Below are positions 1 to 12,682 of a stretch of 64,000 bases of DNA, piece after piece (the first letter of the stretch is position 1; every line of letters starts with the position of its first letter). Source of the stretch: Octopus vulgaris (Eukaryota); contig OX597822.1 of assembly GCA_951406725.2 (NCBI GenBank), positions 44,206,001 through 44,270,000 on the forward strand, read 5' to 3'. A program made the position numbers and the translations under genes. The notes beneath the pieces were generated by a model. That model had not been told where the DNA came from. It did not search any database and saw only the letters and a list, made by a program, of their open reading frames with translations.

Positions 1-434
1 ATGTGTGAGTGCGTGCTTATGTACGAGACTGAGTGTATGTGTTTATGTGTGACTGTGCGCATGTGTATTTGAGTGCATGTGTGTGAATGCGCGCGTATGT
101 GTGTTACTACGTGTGAGTGTGTGTGTGTTTATGTGTTAGTGCGCGCGTGTATGTAACTACGTGTGTGTGCTTATGTGTGTGACAATGTGTGAGTGTGCGC
201 GCATGTATGTGAGTGCATGTGTGTGTATGTGAGTGCATGTGTGTGTATGTGAGTGCGCGTGTATGTATGTAACTGTGTGTGCTTATGTGCGCGCGTGTGT
301 TTGTAAGTGCATATATGTATATATATGTGTGCCTGTGTGTATGTGTGATTGCGCGTGTATGTCAGTGCGTGCGCGTGTGTGTGTACGTGTCTGTGTGTGC
401 GTTTCCCATATTTTTTCAGTAAGAACCGATTGTA

Positions 435-827
435 TCTTTATATATAAAAGAAAGGTTGTGTGTCTGTCTACTCCGATTTAGATTCCTAACTACTCCCACA
501 TTTTGCGGTGCAGTTTAACCAAAACCGGATATCTTATAGTCGTGATTCATATCAAGCCCTTCTGGGTATTAGCGCGCATCTACGATGAGTCTACGATTTT
601 AAAAATAATTTACCATCATTTTCTTCCATTTTAATGCATATTTTTTAATATAAGGGAAGTAACTCTCTAAAAATGTCTACGACGAGTCAACGATTTAAAA
701 AAAAATCTACCATAATTTTTTTTTCCATTTTTAATGCATTTTTTGCTATTTTTTGGCTATAACTCTCTAAAAATGCTTTATAGCTATTTCCCTTACAAAC
801 CCGAGCAACGCCGGGCGATACTGCTAG
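435..827 (+). mobile_element. Non-autonomous Helitron (~393 bp)
   Basis: Begins A|TCTTTATATATAAAAG and ends with a GC hairpin CCCG-AGCAACGC-CGGG (800-815) followed by CTAG|T (824-827). This gives 5'-TC, 3' hairpin plus CTAG, and an A|T target. There is an internal ~60-bp duplication (579-640 vs 676-740). Confidence 0.85.
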
Positions 828-1219
828 TATGTGATAAATGGGAAATTTAGCTATTGCTTCATGCTTGTTGGAAGGCTACGAACATTTTGTCATTTCACCA
901 CGACAAAGTGATGTCAGCGGTGATAAAACTGGAACAAAGAACCTATTGCATTACAATGCAATACTACAAGATATCACTCGACCAGAAACCTACCATCCTC
1001 TGCAATTCCTAGTGCACTCATTAACAAAAACATTAATTTCTAATTAATCTCAGAGGACATTCCTTTGAAGGATGAAGTGCACTTAGTACTTTATTAGAAG
1101 CAAGCGGTCCAATAAAGACTAATGAAACTTGTATTTATATTTAAATTTACTGCGGCAATAATAAAATTCAGGACATGGCAGTGTTGTTATGGAGTTTGTA
1201 GCCATGACATGGTTTCAAG

Positions 1220-1500
1220 TTAATATTACTGCACGGCATCTTGTGATAGATTTCGAATCATATTGTACTGCACCTTGTAAAGAACATTCTGTCTTACTGC
1301 ATGGCAACTTGTAAACAAAGATGTCCGACATCTTGCAAAAAGAGTTCTATCTTATTGCACTGCATCTTGTGAAAAGCGTTCTGTCTTACTGCACGGCAGC
1401 TTGTAAAACGTGTTCTATCTGATTCTCTGACATCTTGCCAAAGGAGTTCTGTCTTATTGCACGACATATTATAAAAATAGTTATATCTTATTGCTGGGTA
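1220..1500. repeat. Degenerate ~34-bp minisatellite (consensus ~GTTCTGTCTTATTGCACGGCATCTTGTAAAAAGA)
   Basis: Recurring GTTCT(G/A)TCTTA(C/T)TGCA..GCA.CTTG units, about 7 copies. Confidence 0.75.
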
Positions 1501-1894
1501 TTTTGTCAAAAATGCATTGCAGCATCGAGGCAGCAGGTTGGCATAGTATTTATATTGATGGATAGAATGCAGATAGATATTTGTTCTGATTCTCTTCGTC
1601 CTGGGCTCAAATCACATTGAGGTAGAATATTCTTTGTTGGGGATAAATAAATACCAGTCCAGGGCTGTTGGTTGATGAGATGGTATGAAGGTTGGATCAA
1701 GTGTTTTGCAATGTTTGTTCGGCTTCCTGGTTTCGTTTCCTGATATGGACCTTAAGGATAGTAAACTTAATCCGTCGTCTGGTTTAATACCATCTCTAAC
1801 ACCTTGTATCTTGAATACTTTTAGCGGAGTTCAACTTATTGCAAGTATTTGGGTCGGATCTCCTGCTTGAGGATTAATTGTAGAATATTGCTCT

Positions 1895-2100
1895 CAAATT
1901 TTGTCACATGACTAGAAATTTCGAGAAGGGCTTTAGTCGATTACATCGATCCCAGCGCTCAACTGATATTTATTTTTACGACTCCGAAAGGCTGAAAGGC
2001 AAAGTCGGCGTCGATTATATTTGAACCCAGAGCGTAAAGACGGGAAAAATGCCGCTAAGCATTTTCCCCGACGTGCTAACGTTTCGGCCAGTTTGCCCAC
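1895..2100 (-). mobile_element. tRNA-derived SINE, family A (diverged)
   Basis: The reverse complement matches the family A consensus (...ACGTTAGCACG...GGGTTCAAAT...CTTTGCCTTTCA.CCTTTCGG.GTCG). Confidence 0.75.
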
Positions 2101-2192
2101 ATGATTACTTCTTAAATATTACAACTTACAACCTCCTCTTACTGTATTGTGATTCACTCATCTCTTCTTCTATCTATCTCATTCTCTGTCTC

Positions 2193-2236
<44 letters not shown>

Positions 2237-3538
2237 TATATATATATATATATATAACCAGCCGAAATTGCAAAAATAATCTGGAACACGACTGAGGAAA
2301 GAAAATTCCTGTTTTCTTTGTATTGTCTGGCTGGATGTTTTGTTGTCCCTTTTTTGTAACACCTAACTGCCTTGATGTTTTGCGATCTTGTCCCATTTTT
2401 GTATATATATATGTCTCCCACTCCTCTTGGAGGCCTTGCAAAATGTCATTGACAATGCCTTATCTGTGACTAGAAAACGCAGGAGAGAAATAGTCACGGG
2501 TCGACTGAACCTAGCGTGAATGAAATTTGATGATCGAAACTTTACGGAAGCATGACAGAGGAAGAGTGAGTTTCTGCTGATAAAGTGCTTCTTAGATCGT
2601 TATTGTGTTGACAACCGTCTTGACTTTGTTCTCTGTCACCAAAATCCACTGGGTTGCAAGCATTTCACCACCATCTGAGGCCTCAGTTTAACCTCTTACT
2701 GTCAATTCACCGGATTGGAGCGCCTTAAATAAGGATCGGGAACGCAACTCCTAATTCTGTCATAAATTCATTAAAAGATTTGGTCTGTCACAAACTAACT
2801 ATATTCAAAGAGGAGGTTGGAAATATAAATATTTAAAAATCAATTCATTCATTACTTCTTCAGTAACTATTATGAAGTTTAATTTTCGCTGATGAGGACA
2901 GAATAAGTTGAATTATGTTTAACGTTATCGCCCGTACTTTAACTAATATCGTTATATTTTCTCCCATTTTCTCCCTGCTAAACCATGAGCATATATATAT
3001 ATATATAAAAGGAGCATTAGTTTGACGCTCGGGAAGGTGAGAAAGTATTTTACGTTTCGAGCCTATGCTCTTCATATATATATGAATATGTATCATAGCT
3101 TTATGTCTTTCTAAAGGCGTGTATATATCTAACAATCCAGAGAGCGCGAGTTTAATTCATTGCTTTTTACATATAATATACTGAGTTTTTTTTTTACAGC
3201 ACAGCAAGTTCCACTGTACTAGTGAATTATTCATTTGCTGTTCCCGGTATATATTTGTACCGAAGCATGAAATTTATTTCAGTTTGCAACAATCAAGTGC
3301 ATGGTTTTGACATACTTTAACATAGATGAAAGGCGTCCATCAATTGTGAGTCAATGCGGGGACAATGTCTGTCTCGCTAGGATTTATAATGCATTTCTAA
3401 AACAAATCTACGAAGAGATTTTATCTTGGACAAGTCAATAGCTTTACGTCTTTTAACTGTGGGAATACATTGTTTATGAAACACAGATATTAATATATAC
3501 TACATGTATTATATATAAATATATATATAAATATATAT

Positions 3539-3669
<131 letters not shown>

Positions 3670-3901
3670 CATACATACATACATACATTCATACATACAT
3701 ACATACATACATACATACATACATACATACATACATACATACATACAGGGTACAAGAAACTTATATATACACCATTCTGCTTAAACAATGGAGCGGCAGA
3801 TACAATATCCTCGCGTATCTCAAGTCTGTTTTCATTCCTCCGCTTCACTCTGTATTTCATATCTTCTCTATAATAACTGTTACTTAAACATTTTCTCGCA
3901 C

Positions 3902-3950
3902 TGTCTCTGATGAAGGAATATATAAAATATCCCGGAAACAGCTGTAACAC
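3902..3950 (+). ncRNA. Minimal type-I hammerhead ribozyme (palindromic stem III), within a ~240-bp repeat also present at 14590-14805
   Basis: TGTCT-CTGATGA-AGGAATAT..ATATCCCG-GAAA-CAGCTG-TA-ACAC. The 3' strand of stem I is damaged relative to the 14689 copy. Confidence 0.7.
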
Positions 3951-4012
3951 CTCCTCTTTATAAATGTTCTAAAAGCTATTCACAGCATTGGATTTTTGTC
4001 TCATTCTGTTAA

Positions 4013-4062
<50 letters not shown>

Positions 4063-4074
4063 CTCACAAATACT

Positions 4075-4160
<86 letters not shown>

Positions 4161-4161
4161 A

Positions 4162-4193
<32 letters not shown>

Positions 4194-4599
4194 CATACAT
4201 ATTTCGGTGTAAATTGTCTTTTATACGGTGCCGTGTTTTACAATTTTGTAAATAATAACGGTATTTTTATATAAGCTTAAAGCTTATGGCGATCACCGTG
4301 AAATGACTGACTCACCCCACGTGAATATGACGTATGCGCACATACAACACATACACACACACATACACACAAACATACACATATATATATATTTATAAAT
4401 GTAAATGTATGAGTATGTATAAGGCAGGTATTTTGTCGTAACGTGTCTAAAAGACTATGAATCTGGTGGCGGAACTTCGGTTCTTAAGAGATTGACAACG
4501 AAAACGAAAATAATTGTAATCTATATTATGGTATCGAGTACTCTTTCTTCCAACAGCTAATACTAACCACACACACATGCATATATATACCTCTATGTT

Positions 4600-4669
<70 letters not shown>

Positions 4670-5225
4670 AGAGAGATATGTATATATATATGTATTATGT
4701 ATGTACCGTTATATAAATATACATCCATACATCGGACTCTGTGTGTGTATATGTGTATTGTGCGTGTGTATGTATATGTGTGTGTGTTTGTATACTTCAG
4801 TTTTAGCTATTGCAATTATTCATATATTAATTCTTAACGCCATCTGAACATAAAGATATTTCCTATGAGATTTTAAAATATTTCATTCATTTCCTGATTT
4901 CATTCACTAGAATACAACCACGTTGGCACCACATTCAATTTTTATTTTATTTCCTCAATTACTTTCAAATAGCTACGCTATAAGCATTAACGGTCAGTAG
5001 GATTTCTATAGAATCGAGTAATTTGATATCACGGACGTAACATATTTCTTGTCGTTGTATTTATAGACCAGGTTAAATAAATTTCTTCTTTATTTTACAT
5101 TATGTTTCAATAGGACCATCGCCATACCAAATTGGTTTACGTTCCCTTAATCTGCATATATATTCTACACCTCCCAGCTCTCCCATAAATAGTGGGTATA
5201 TATAAGATTGATGGATGGAGGCAGA

Positions 5226-5557
5226 GATTTTATTGCGCGCGGCATTGTTATAAAATTGCTTCCCAACCACATGGTTCCAGATTCAGTCCTTGAGTGAGTG
5301 TCATCTACTATAGCCTCGAGCAGGCCATAGCTTTGTGAGTGGATTTGGTATGGTAGTCCGTCATCCCTACCTACGAAGCGCGGAGTAAATAAAACAGGGG
5401 ACAACTGATGAATGGAATGTTCTTTATGTTGCCCGTTTCGTTTCTCTTTTTGTTCACGCTTTTTTATGTCTTGTACCCATATATGCATTATATATATATA
5501 TATATGTAGGTATGTACATATATGTGTGTATGCATATATTTATATATTATTTATATG

Positions 5558-5588
<31 letters not shown>

Positions 5589-5955
5589 AAGTATATAATT
5601 CAAATTTACAGAAAACAAAAGACGAAGACAGGTCAAAGAATAACAAACAGGTGTATTAGTTTAACAATAGGGAGGAACGGACGTTTCGAGCCTTTTCTTT
5701 TCAACAGGAAGTGGACAAAAATTGAGAGAGAACGAAGAAAACAGACGTTTGTGTGTGTGTGTGTATGAGAGAGAGAGAGAGAGAGAGTGTGTGTGTGTGT
5801 CTTTGCAGCTGTGTTTGTCCTCCACCAACCACTTGACAACCAATGTTGGTGTATTTACATCCTCTTGACTGAACGGTTCGGCAAAAGAGAGCGACATAAT
5901 AAGTACCAGATTAAAAAAAAAAAACAAGTGCCGGAATCAAATCACTCGACTAAAA
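5226..5955 (+). mobile_element. SINE family B split by nested insertions in its internal microsatellite
   Basis: The 5' half (CCAACCACATGGTTCC..TTCAGTCC, GTGAGTGGATTTGGTA) lies at 5226-5350. The 3' half (TGTTTGTCC..GACAACC..GGTTCGGCAAAAGAGA) lies at 5795-5955. Confidence 0.65.
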
Positions 5956-6363
5956 TCCTTCGCACACATACAACCGTATATTTTTGTGAATGTTGTGTGA
6001 GTATAAAATGGATGACAAGGCAGCTATTAAACCAGCTATTGAATTTTTAGCTTCAATATTCCAAGAGGGTTCGTGGCAATAGAATCTTCAGGCAAGTCCT
6101 CCATAAGGTCCTATCAGAAGCAATCGTTAATACACTTCCCAGCTGGATTTCGAAACGTGGCCAACTGGGACTATGGATATAGATACAATCCAACCATCTC
6201 TTTCTCAGTCTAAATTTACGGCACCTGCCGGATGGTCCTGTTTGGGGTGGAGGCCCATCTTACGACTTTTTCCGGCTACGTTCTAGTCGCGAGTCTATAG
6301 TAGCAAAGGGGTTGGGATCTCTTCGTTTTAATCTTTGTATAAAAATTAAGACATAACTGGATG

Positions 6364-7636
6364 TATTGGTTTCAGTCATTAATAATTTCCGATTTTGTTA
6401 AACGCGTTTTTTCCTTACAAAAACTTTACAAATAATTATTTTCAATTATCAGTATAGTTGCCATTATTTTGAACGACCTCTTGCCATTTATCAGGTAGCT
6501 TTTTAATTCCTCTCCAATAAAATTCATCTGGCTTCGACATGAAGAAGTTTTCCACATACATCTTCACATGATTTTTATGAGAAATTAATTTCTTCATCAG
6601 AGCATTTTGCAGAGAACGAAAAAGATGGAAATCAGTTGGTGCAAGGTCTTGTAAATATGGTGGAGGGGGTAGAACAGACCAGCTCTAATCCAATATTTTA
6701 TCCTGCGTGATTGTTGCTGAATGTGGTCTTGCATTACCACGAAAAAGCACAACGTTTCTCCTATTGACGAGTACAGAGCGTTTTCTTTAAAAATTTTCAT
6801 CCACAAGTTGCAGCTGTTGAGTATAAGTCGAATTTAGTGTTTGATTACAGTTTAAACACTCAAAATAAATAATACTGCGTAAATAATACCATGCACACAA
6901 CATAAACCTTCTTCCATGGAGCTCAGCTTTTGAGGTAGATTGTAAAGATTTATCCTTGACAACCCATTGCCTTTTAGCGGTGAACATTTTCATAAAAGAC
7001 CCGTTTTTCAACACCTGTAATGATTTTGAGAAATAAGTCATTTCACAGCCTTAAAAGAAGATTTGCTGCGATTTTCCCTATTCTTCTCGCTAAGTGTATG
7101 GGGAACCCAAGCACCTAGCTCGCAGATTTTCCATATCTTTTCCAGGGGCGGTAGATAGTGGTTTGGGACGTGCTGAGGTAAGCTGCTAATTCTCAAGTAC
7201 TTTTACAAGGACTGAATTCAACTAATTCTCTCAAAATTTCTTGATCGAAGTCTGATGAGCGTCCTGATCTGAGTTGATTTTTCATTGACAAACCTCCAGA
7301 ACGATGCTTTGATTATCAATTTAGTACTTGTCGGTCACTAATGACACATTGGTGATAAACACTGTGTAATTTCTTAGCTATTTCTGTGATGTTTATCCCA
7401 GTCCTATACTCCCACAACATCACATGTCGAGCACACACATTCAGCTCATCCATTTTAAGGGAGTGACATTTGATATTTAACCCTGATGTACACGCTTTGA
7501 CTGCTTAAATATGAATGACTGATGAGGCACTTTGCAAAACAGTAGTTTCCATTTCAATTTAAAACATCTGAAGTTTGAAATGTGTCGTTAAATTTTATTT
7601 CCAAAAAACGAAAACCATTTATGATTCGACTCAATA
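6364..7636 (-). mobile_element. Decayed full-length mariner (Tc1/mariner) DNA transposon, ~1.27 kb
   Basis: Imperfect terminal inverted repeats TATTGGTTTCAGTCATTAAT / ATTTATGATTCGACTCAATA with TA ends enclose a transposase pseudogene. Confidence 0.85.
6442..7453 (-). pseudogene. mariner transposase pseudogene
   Basis: The minus strand reads MDELNVCARHVMLWEYRTG..., LGAWVPHTLSEKN (WVPHEL motif), KRQW...KAELHGRRFMLCAW...IIYFECL, and the C-terminus GIKKLPDKWQEVVQNNGNY*. It contains multiple frameshifts and stops. Confidence 0.9.
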
Positions 7637-7852
7637 ATATTTTATTTAGATATATTAAAACGTGTCAACTTCTAACCCATTTGTTTGTATATATATATAT
7701 ATTTCATATAAAATTATTGTAAATTTAAACACGAAAAGAGGTGAGCCTTAGCAAGTCACCTTACATGCTAGAAGGAACCGTCAAAAGTCCAAACCAGAGT
7801 TAAGAGCAATTTCGAAGGGAATAAAAAATAAAAAAAACATTTACTATGTTTT

Positions 7853-7927
7853 ACAACCGGACCTTAGGTTTCGAAATTTAATTAGCAAATAAAATAATTT
7901 GCAAGGCGAAGTTCTCATCAGCGGGTA
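7853..7927 (-). ncRNA. Type-I hammerhead ribozyme
   Basis: Minus strand: TACCCG-CTGATGA-GAA..(GCAAAT/ATTTGC)..TTC-GAAA-CC-TAA-GG-TC-CGGTTGTA. The core is canonical with a GUC site. Confidence 0.75.
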
Positions 7928-8166
7928 CGCCAAATATTAACATATAAATTAGATACAAAATAACACGTGTCTCATTCTTATATATTATAATTTTTCAAAT
8001 CCACTGCGCAAGCGCAGCTTCAGTCGGCAGCAAGTGAAAACTTTCCGACTAAACTTCAGAAATTGCTATTTTATATGAAAAATATGTCTATTGACTTTGT
8101 ATGTGCTAGGAGACTGGTTGAAAAATTTTCTATAACTTTTCCTAGCCTATATTAATTTTATATATC

Positions 8167-8254
<88 letters not shown>

Positions 8255-8311
8255 TATATATATATATATATTCAAAAGAAGACTATATATACAAACAAGT
8301 GTATGTGTGTA

Positions 8312-8522
8312 TACGAGGGTGTGCTGTAAAGTTCCTGGTTTTTGGTAAAAGAAAACACAGAAAAATCAGTTAATTATAATTTTATGCAACATATTCCCCT
8401 CTCAAATTCACACACTTATTACACCGGCCCTTCAGTTTTTCAAAGCCTTCTAAAAGAACTCGGAAATTTGGGCCTTTCGAGATACCCTTAAAGTCAGGAA
8501 CTTTTTCCCTCTTCCCCTTATA
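8312..8522. mobile_element. mariner-derived MITE (~210 bp)
   Basis: Left end TACGAGGGTGTGCTGTAAAGTTCCTGG and a degenerate inverted right end TCAGGAACTTTTTCCCTCTTCCCCTTATA. Flanks are TA. Confidence 0.65.
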
Positions 8523-8559
8523 TATACACAAACACAGACCTACATACACACGCATAGAG

Positions 8560-8642
<83 letters not shown>

Positions 8643-8834
8643 GTGCCGAGAAAGAGGTAAAGAGATAGATTGGTACGCAGATAAAAAGACATACGTAGGC
8701 ACGTGTTTGTGTGTATTTGAACTGGAATGACCCATGTTGTTTATTCAGTTTCTTTCTATTTGTCATTGAAACTCATCAAGTATTTTTTTATTAGATTTTT
8801 CATTCGCTTTCATATCTGAATATCACTATGAGCA

Positions 8835-8904
8835 GTTTCCTGATGATACCTTTCCGAGATTTCGTTTGAAGATCTGAGATATAAAAGTTATGAAATGTCG
8901 AGAT
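8835..8904 (+). ncRNA. Degenerate hammerhead-like motif
   Basis: GTTTC-CTGATGA-TACCTTT...AAAGTTAT-GAAA-TG-TC-GAGAT. The helices need G-U pairs and mismatches. Confidence 0.35.
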
Positions 8905-8908
8905 TCCC

Positions 8909-8945
<37 letters not shown>

Positions 8946-10424
8946 CTCTCTCTCTCTCTTTCTTTTCTCTCTCTCTTTATATATACATACATACATACAT
9001 GCATGCATACATTCATACATACATGAATACATACATGCACACACACACACACACACACACACAAATATATATATATATATATACATATATATATGTATCT
9101 ACGTATACATGTATTTATGTAGGTGTGTGGGTATGTATGCATGTATGCATATGTATACACACACACACACACATATGCCCACTTTAATCATGGAACAGCA
9201 TATAACTCAAAAAGCACAAATATGAACGAAAACTGATAGCAAAATGATATCAAGCTCAATCATCGATTCATCAGTGTGATTATGATCTGCGTGATAAAAG
9301 ATTTCCTCTCCATGATCGAAAGGTCTTCCGCAAATACACGAAAATCCCTGAAACATTCACCAGCAATAATACATGAGCCATTGTCTCAACAATACCACTA
9401 TAATAAATGTTATTTCGTTGTTACCAATAAAATCTTTCAAAGCAGTAAAAAACATACGTTGATCATAATCCTATTTGTCAAATCACGTAGATATATTACT
9501 TCGAGAAACAACAAATATGTGTTTGCGTTGTGTAATAGTCCACAAGTACAGAAAACAAATAAAGTGTCTGTACTTTGTTACATTGATATCACAGAGGATT
9601 CATTTAAGAGAAGACTATATAACCATATATGATCTCTTCCACACTTCGCCACAATGAAGCCATGACAAGCTTTTCTAAGTACATTCGGTAACATAAAGAT
9701 ACGTATAAAATGAGTATAGAATATGTAATGTCAGTAGATTCACTGATGTCGCAGTACACATGTTTACTAAAATATAATTTTGCATAGCGGAATGTACATA
9801 TTATGTAGATAAATTAACTCTAGCAATTGGCTGAAGAGAGGCAGCAATTGGTGAATGTATTACAAATATGTAAAACATTGTTTTCCTTCCCCTAAGAATT
9901 GCTTCAGAACTACATCTAATTGCACTCTGAAAGCCCACTGCAAAGGATGCAACTAGCCACAACGTCAAGACGTATGTAGGGAAGAAAAGATTAAACTGCA
10001 CCTAGTTATTGTTGTACATTTTCCTATATATGTATGTGTGTGAGAGAGAGTGAGAGAGAGAGGAAGAGAGGGTATATATCTGTGCCTGTGTCTGTGTCAG
10101 TGTGTCTGTTGGTGGATGGGTATATATGTGTATATATGTTCCCATTAAATCTTTTCTTAAGCGATATCTTTTTCACGGAGAAAATATTACCAAAGATGTA
10201 ACCTGACTACTAGTACAATTACACTATCCTTCAGTTGTAATTAATATACACCCGTTTGATGCATTTTTCGATATTTAATATTCAGCATTACCGACAAACA
10301 TATCAGTTCACCATCAGATGATGTGTTAATGCAGTTAATAAGCTGTACACTTCCTGTGTGCATGGTTCGTGCGTCCACAGTACATATGGTCTATTTGTCT
10401 GTATGACTCTCACTTCTTCGCCCT

Positions 10425-10497
<73 letters not shown>

Positions 10498-10750
10498 GAC
10501 CATTCTATCTGTTTTTCTATCTCTCTGTTTATCTCTGTCATTTGTTTGGCTGTCTATGTATGTATATATGTCTATCTATATATGTATATACACGAGTAAG
10601 CACGTAAATGCAAAGCAAGGCGGAAAAATAGTACTTCGATACCAAAGGAAGAGTAACATACTTTGATTAAAGCTATCAACGGGAACACGAATATCCGAGG
10701 AGCAGTTTTTTGTGATGTTTTTTGCAGCTTTAATAATAAGTATATATATG

Positions 10751-10823
<73 letters not shown>

Positions 10824-10939
10824 ATATAATATCATATAATGAAACTATAATATAAACAATATATATATATGCATATATACACACGTATATGTACACACTT
10901 ACATCTATACCTATATATATATATATATATATTTATATG

Positions 10940-11330
10940 CATGTGTGGGCATAGTATATGATGAAACGTGTACAACAAAAATACGAAGTACGAGTACATG
11001 GAATATGAACTATTTTTTCGAACAACGAAAGACACAAATGGAAAACAAGACAAACAACATAAAGAACGAACCTTCATCAGTAGTGGTCTGTTTTTCTACT
11101 CTCGTATTTCGAAAATTTAACAATATACGCTTTCGATAAAACAATTGCTCTCAGAATGCAAATTAAATAAAATTTGGGATTTTGCGGAGGGTCAAAATTG
11201 GTAACACAAACAGGTCAATGAAAATAAACAGGAAGGACTGCTAAGCCTAAACGAAATTCTTGTGGCGAACGCGTAAATCAAGCTAGAAAAGGTGACAAAC
11301 AAGAATACGTCTTAATACACGTAATTAATA
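10940..11330 (-). mobile_element. Unclassified interspersed repeat (family C) carrying TTCGAAA..GAGTAGA..CTGATGAAGG
   Basis: Collinear with 39790-40340 (+), sharing CCCTCCGCAAAA..CAAATTTTATTTAATTTG and the CTGANGAAGG block. Shorter copies occur at ~2256-2410, 5370-5490 and 26560-26760. Confidence 0.6.
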
Positions 11331-11426
11331 TAAAAAAATGGAAAAAAAAAGACAAGGAAGAACAACAACACGAGGACGTGGTACGTGCAAAGTATTAATA
11401 AGATGCTCAAGGAAGGAAAGAAAGCT

Positions 11427-11462
11427 TGTTTTGAATTTCGAGCAAAGCTCTCTTCAGAAACA
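11427..11462 (-). ncRNA. Very minimal type-I hammerhead motif
   Basis: Minus strand: TGTTT-CTGAAGA-GAGC-TTT-GCTC-GAAA-TTCA-AAACA. Stem III is essentially absent. Confidence 0.6.
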
Positions 11463-11536
11463 GGAGACAGAGAAAAGAAAATTCCCCACAAAAAAGGAAA
11501 ACGGAGGGAAAAAATCGCCCAAGATCCTCATGTAGT

Positions 11537-11710
<174 letters not shown>

Positions 11711-11759
11711 CGATGAAAGTAAGAAAAGTTTGTTTTAGAAGCGTTGAGATGTATCGACA

Positions 11760-11930
11760 GATACAGAAATATTTTCTTTTTATTCTCAAACGCGTGATAA
11801 TGCTAATAAAATAAATATTCCATACATTGCAGAAACGTATTTTTCGGCAATGTATGGATAATTTATCCTGTTTATGCTATTTTATTAGCATTATCACGTA
11901 TTTGAGAATTTAAAAAATTATTTGTGTATA
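11760..11930. repeat. ~170-bp imperfect palindrome (foldback or MITE-like)
   Basis: TTCTCAAACGCGTGATAATGCTAATAAAATA pairs with TATTTTATTAGCATTATCACGTATTTGAGAA. An inner pair is TCCATACATTGC / GCAATGTATGGA. Confidence 0.8.
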
Positions 11931-11959
11931 TATATATAGGGATGACCACTACTTTATTA

Positions 11960-12200
11960 TTTCTCCTTTTTTCTAGCTCTCCTGTGTGACCCCTCTGTCC
12001 GGCATTCACCATGATAGATCGCTAGCCACTACACATTCTTTATTTTCTCTCCTTGTTTCTTTCTGTGTTCTTTTCTGTGAAAGAGCGTAGGATCGATACG
12101 TTAAAGACTTTTTAACTTCCCGAGCGTTATACTAATACATCTGTTTGTTGTCTACAACACATGTCTCCGTCTTTTGTTTCTTTTTTGAGTGTGAATTCTC
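11960..12200 (+). mobile_element. Short hammerhead-bearing repeat (U6-variant family), degenerate copy
   Basis: TCTTTTCTGTGAAAGAGCGTAGGATCGATACGTTAAAGAC followed by the family tail CCCGAGCGTTATACTAATACA...GTCTTTTGTTT. Confidence 0.65.
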
Positions 12201-12229
12201 TCTTTCTCTCTCTCTCTCTCTCTGTCTGC

Positions 12230-12283
<54 letters not shown>

Positions 12284-12299
12284 TCTTTTATTCTTTGTT

Positions 12300-12682
12300 T
12301 ATATTCTTTCACTTGTTTCAGTCATTTGACTGCTGGAGCACACGTTTATTCGAACAAATGGACCCCATGATTTATTTTTCGTAAGACTGGTACTAATTCT
12401 ATCGGTCTCTTTTCTCGAACCTCTAGGTTACGGGAACATAAACACACCAACATCGGTGTCAAGCGATGGCGGCTGGACAAACACAGACACACATAAACGC
12501 ATAAATAATATATATACATATATACGGCAGCTTCTTTCAGTTTCCGTCCGCCAAATCTACTGGCAAGGACTTGCTCGGTCTGTGGTTATAGAGGAAGTCA
12601 CTTGCCCGAGGTGCCACGCAGTGGAACTGAACTCGGAACCATGTAGTTGGAAAGGGGGCTTCTTACCACACAGCCACTCCTT
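12300..12682 (-). mobile_element. tRNA-derived SINE, family B
   Basis: The reverse complement starts GGAGTGGCTGTGTGGTAAG (A-box), continues GAGTTCAGTTCC (B-box), and ends GTCAAATGACTGAAACAAGT. Confidence 0.8.

Noticed and set aside
1220-1500. CRISPR-like periodicity (~34 bp)
   Set aside because: The degenerate units are contiguous without unique spacers, there are no cas genes, and the context is eukaryotic.
2884-2935. Other CTGANGA hits (2889, 7252, 7519, 9268, 17895, 42188, 50143)
   Set aside because: They lack a correctly placed GAAA or NUH with pairing stem I, or they lie within transposase coding sequence.
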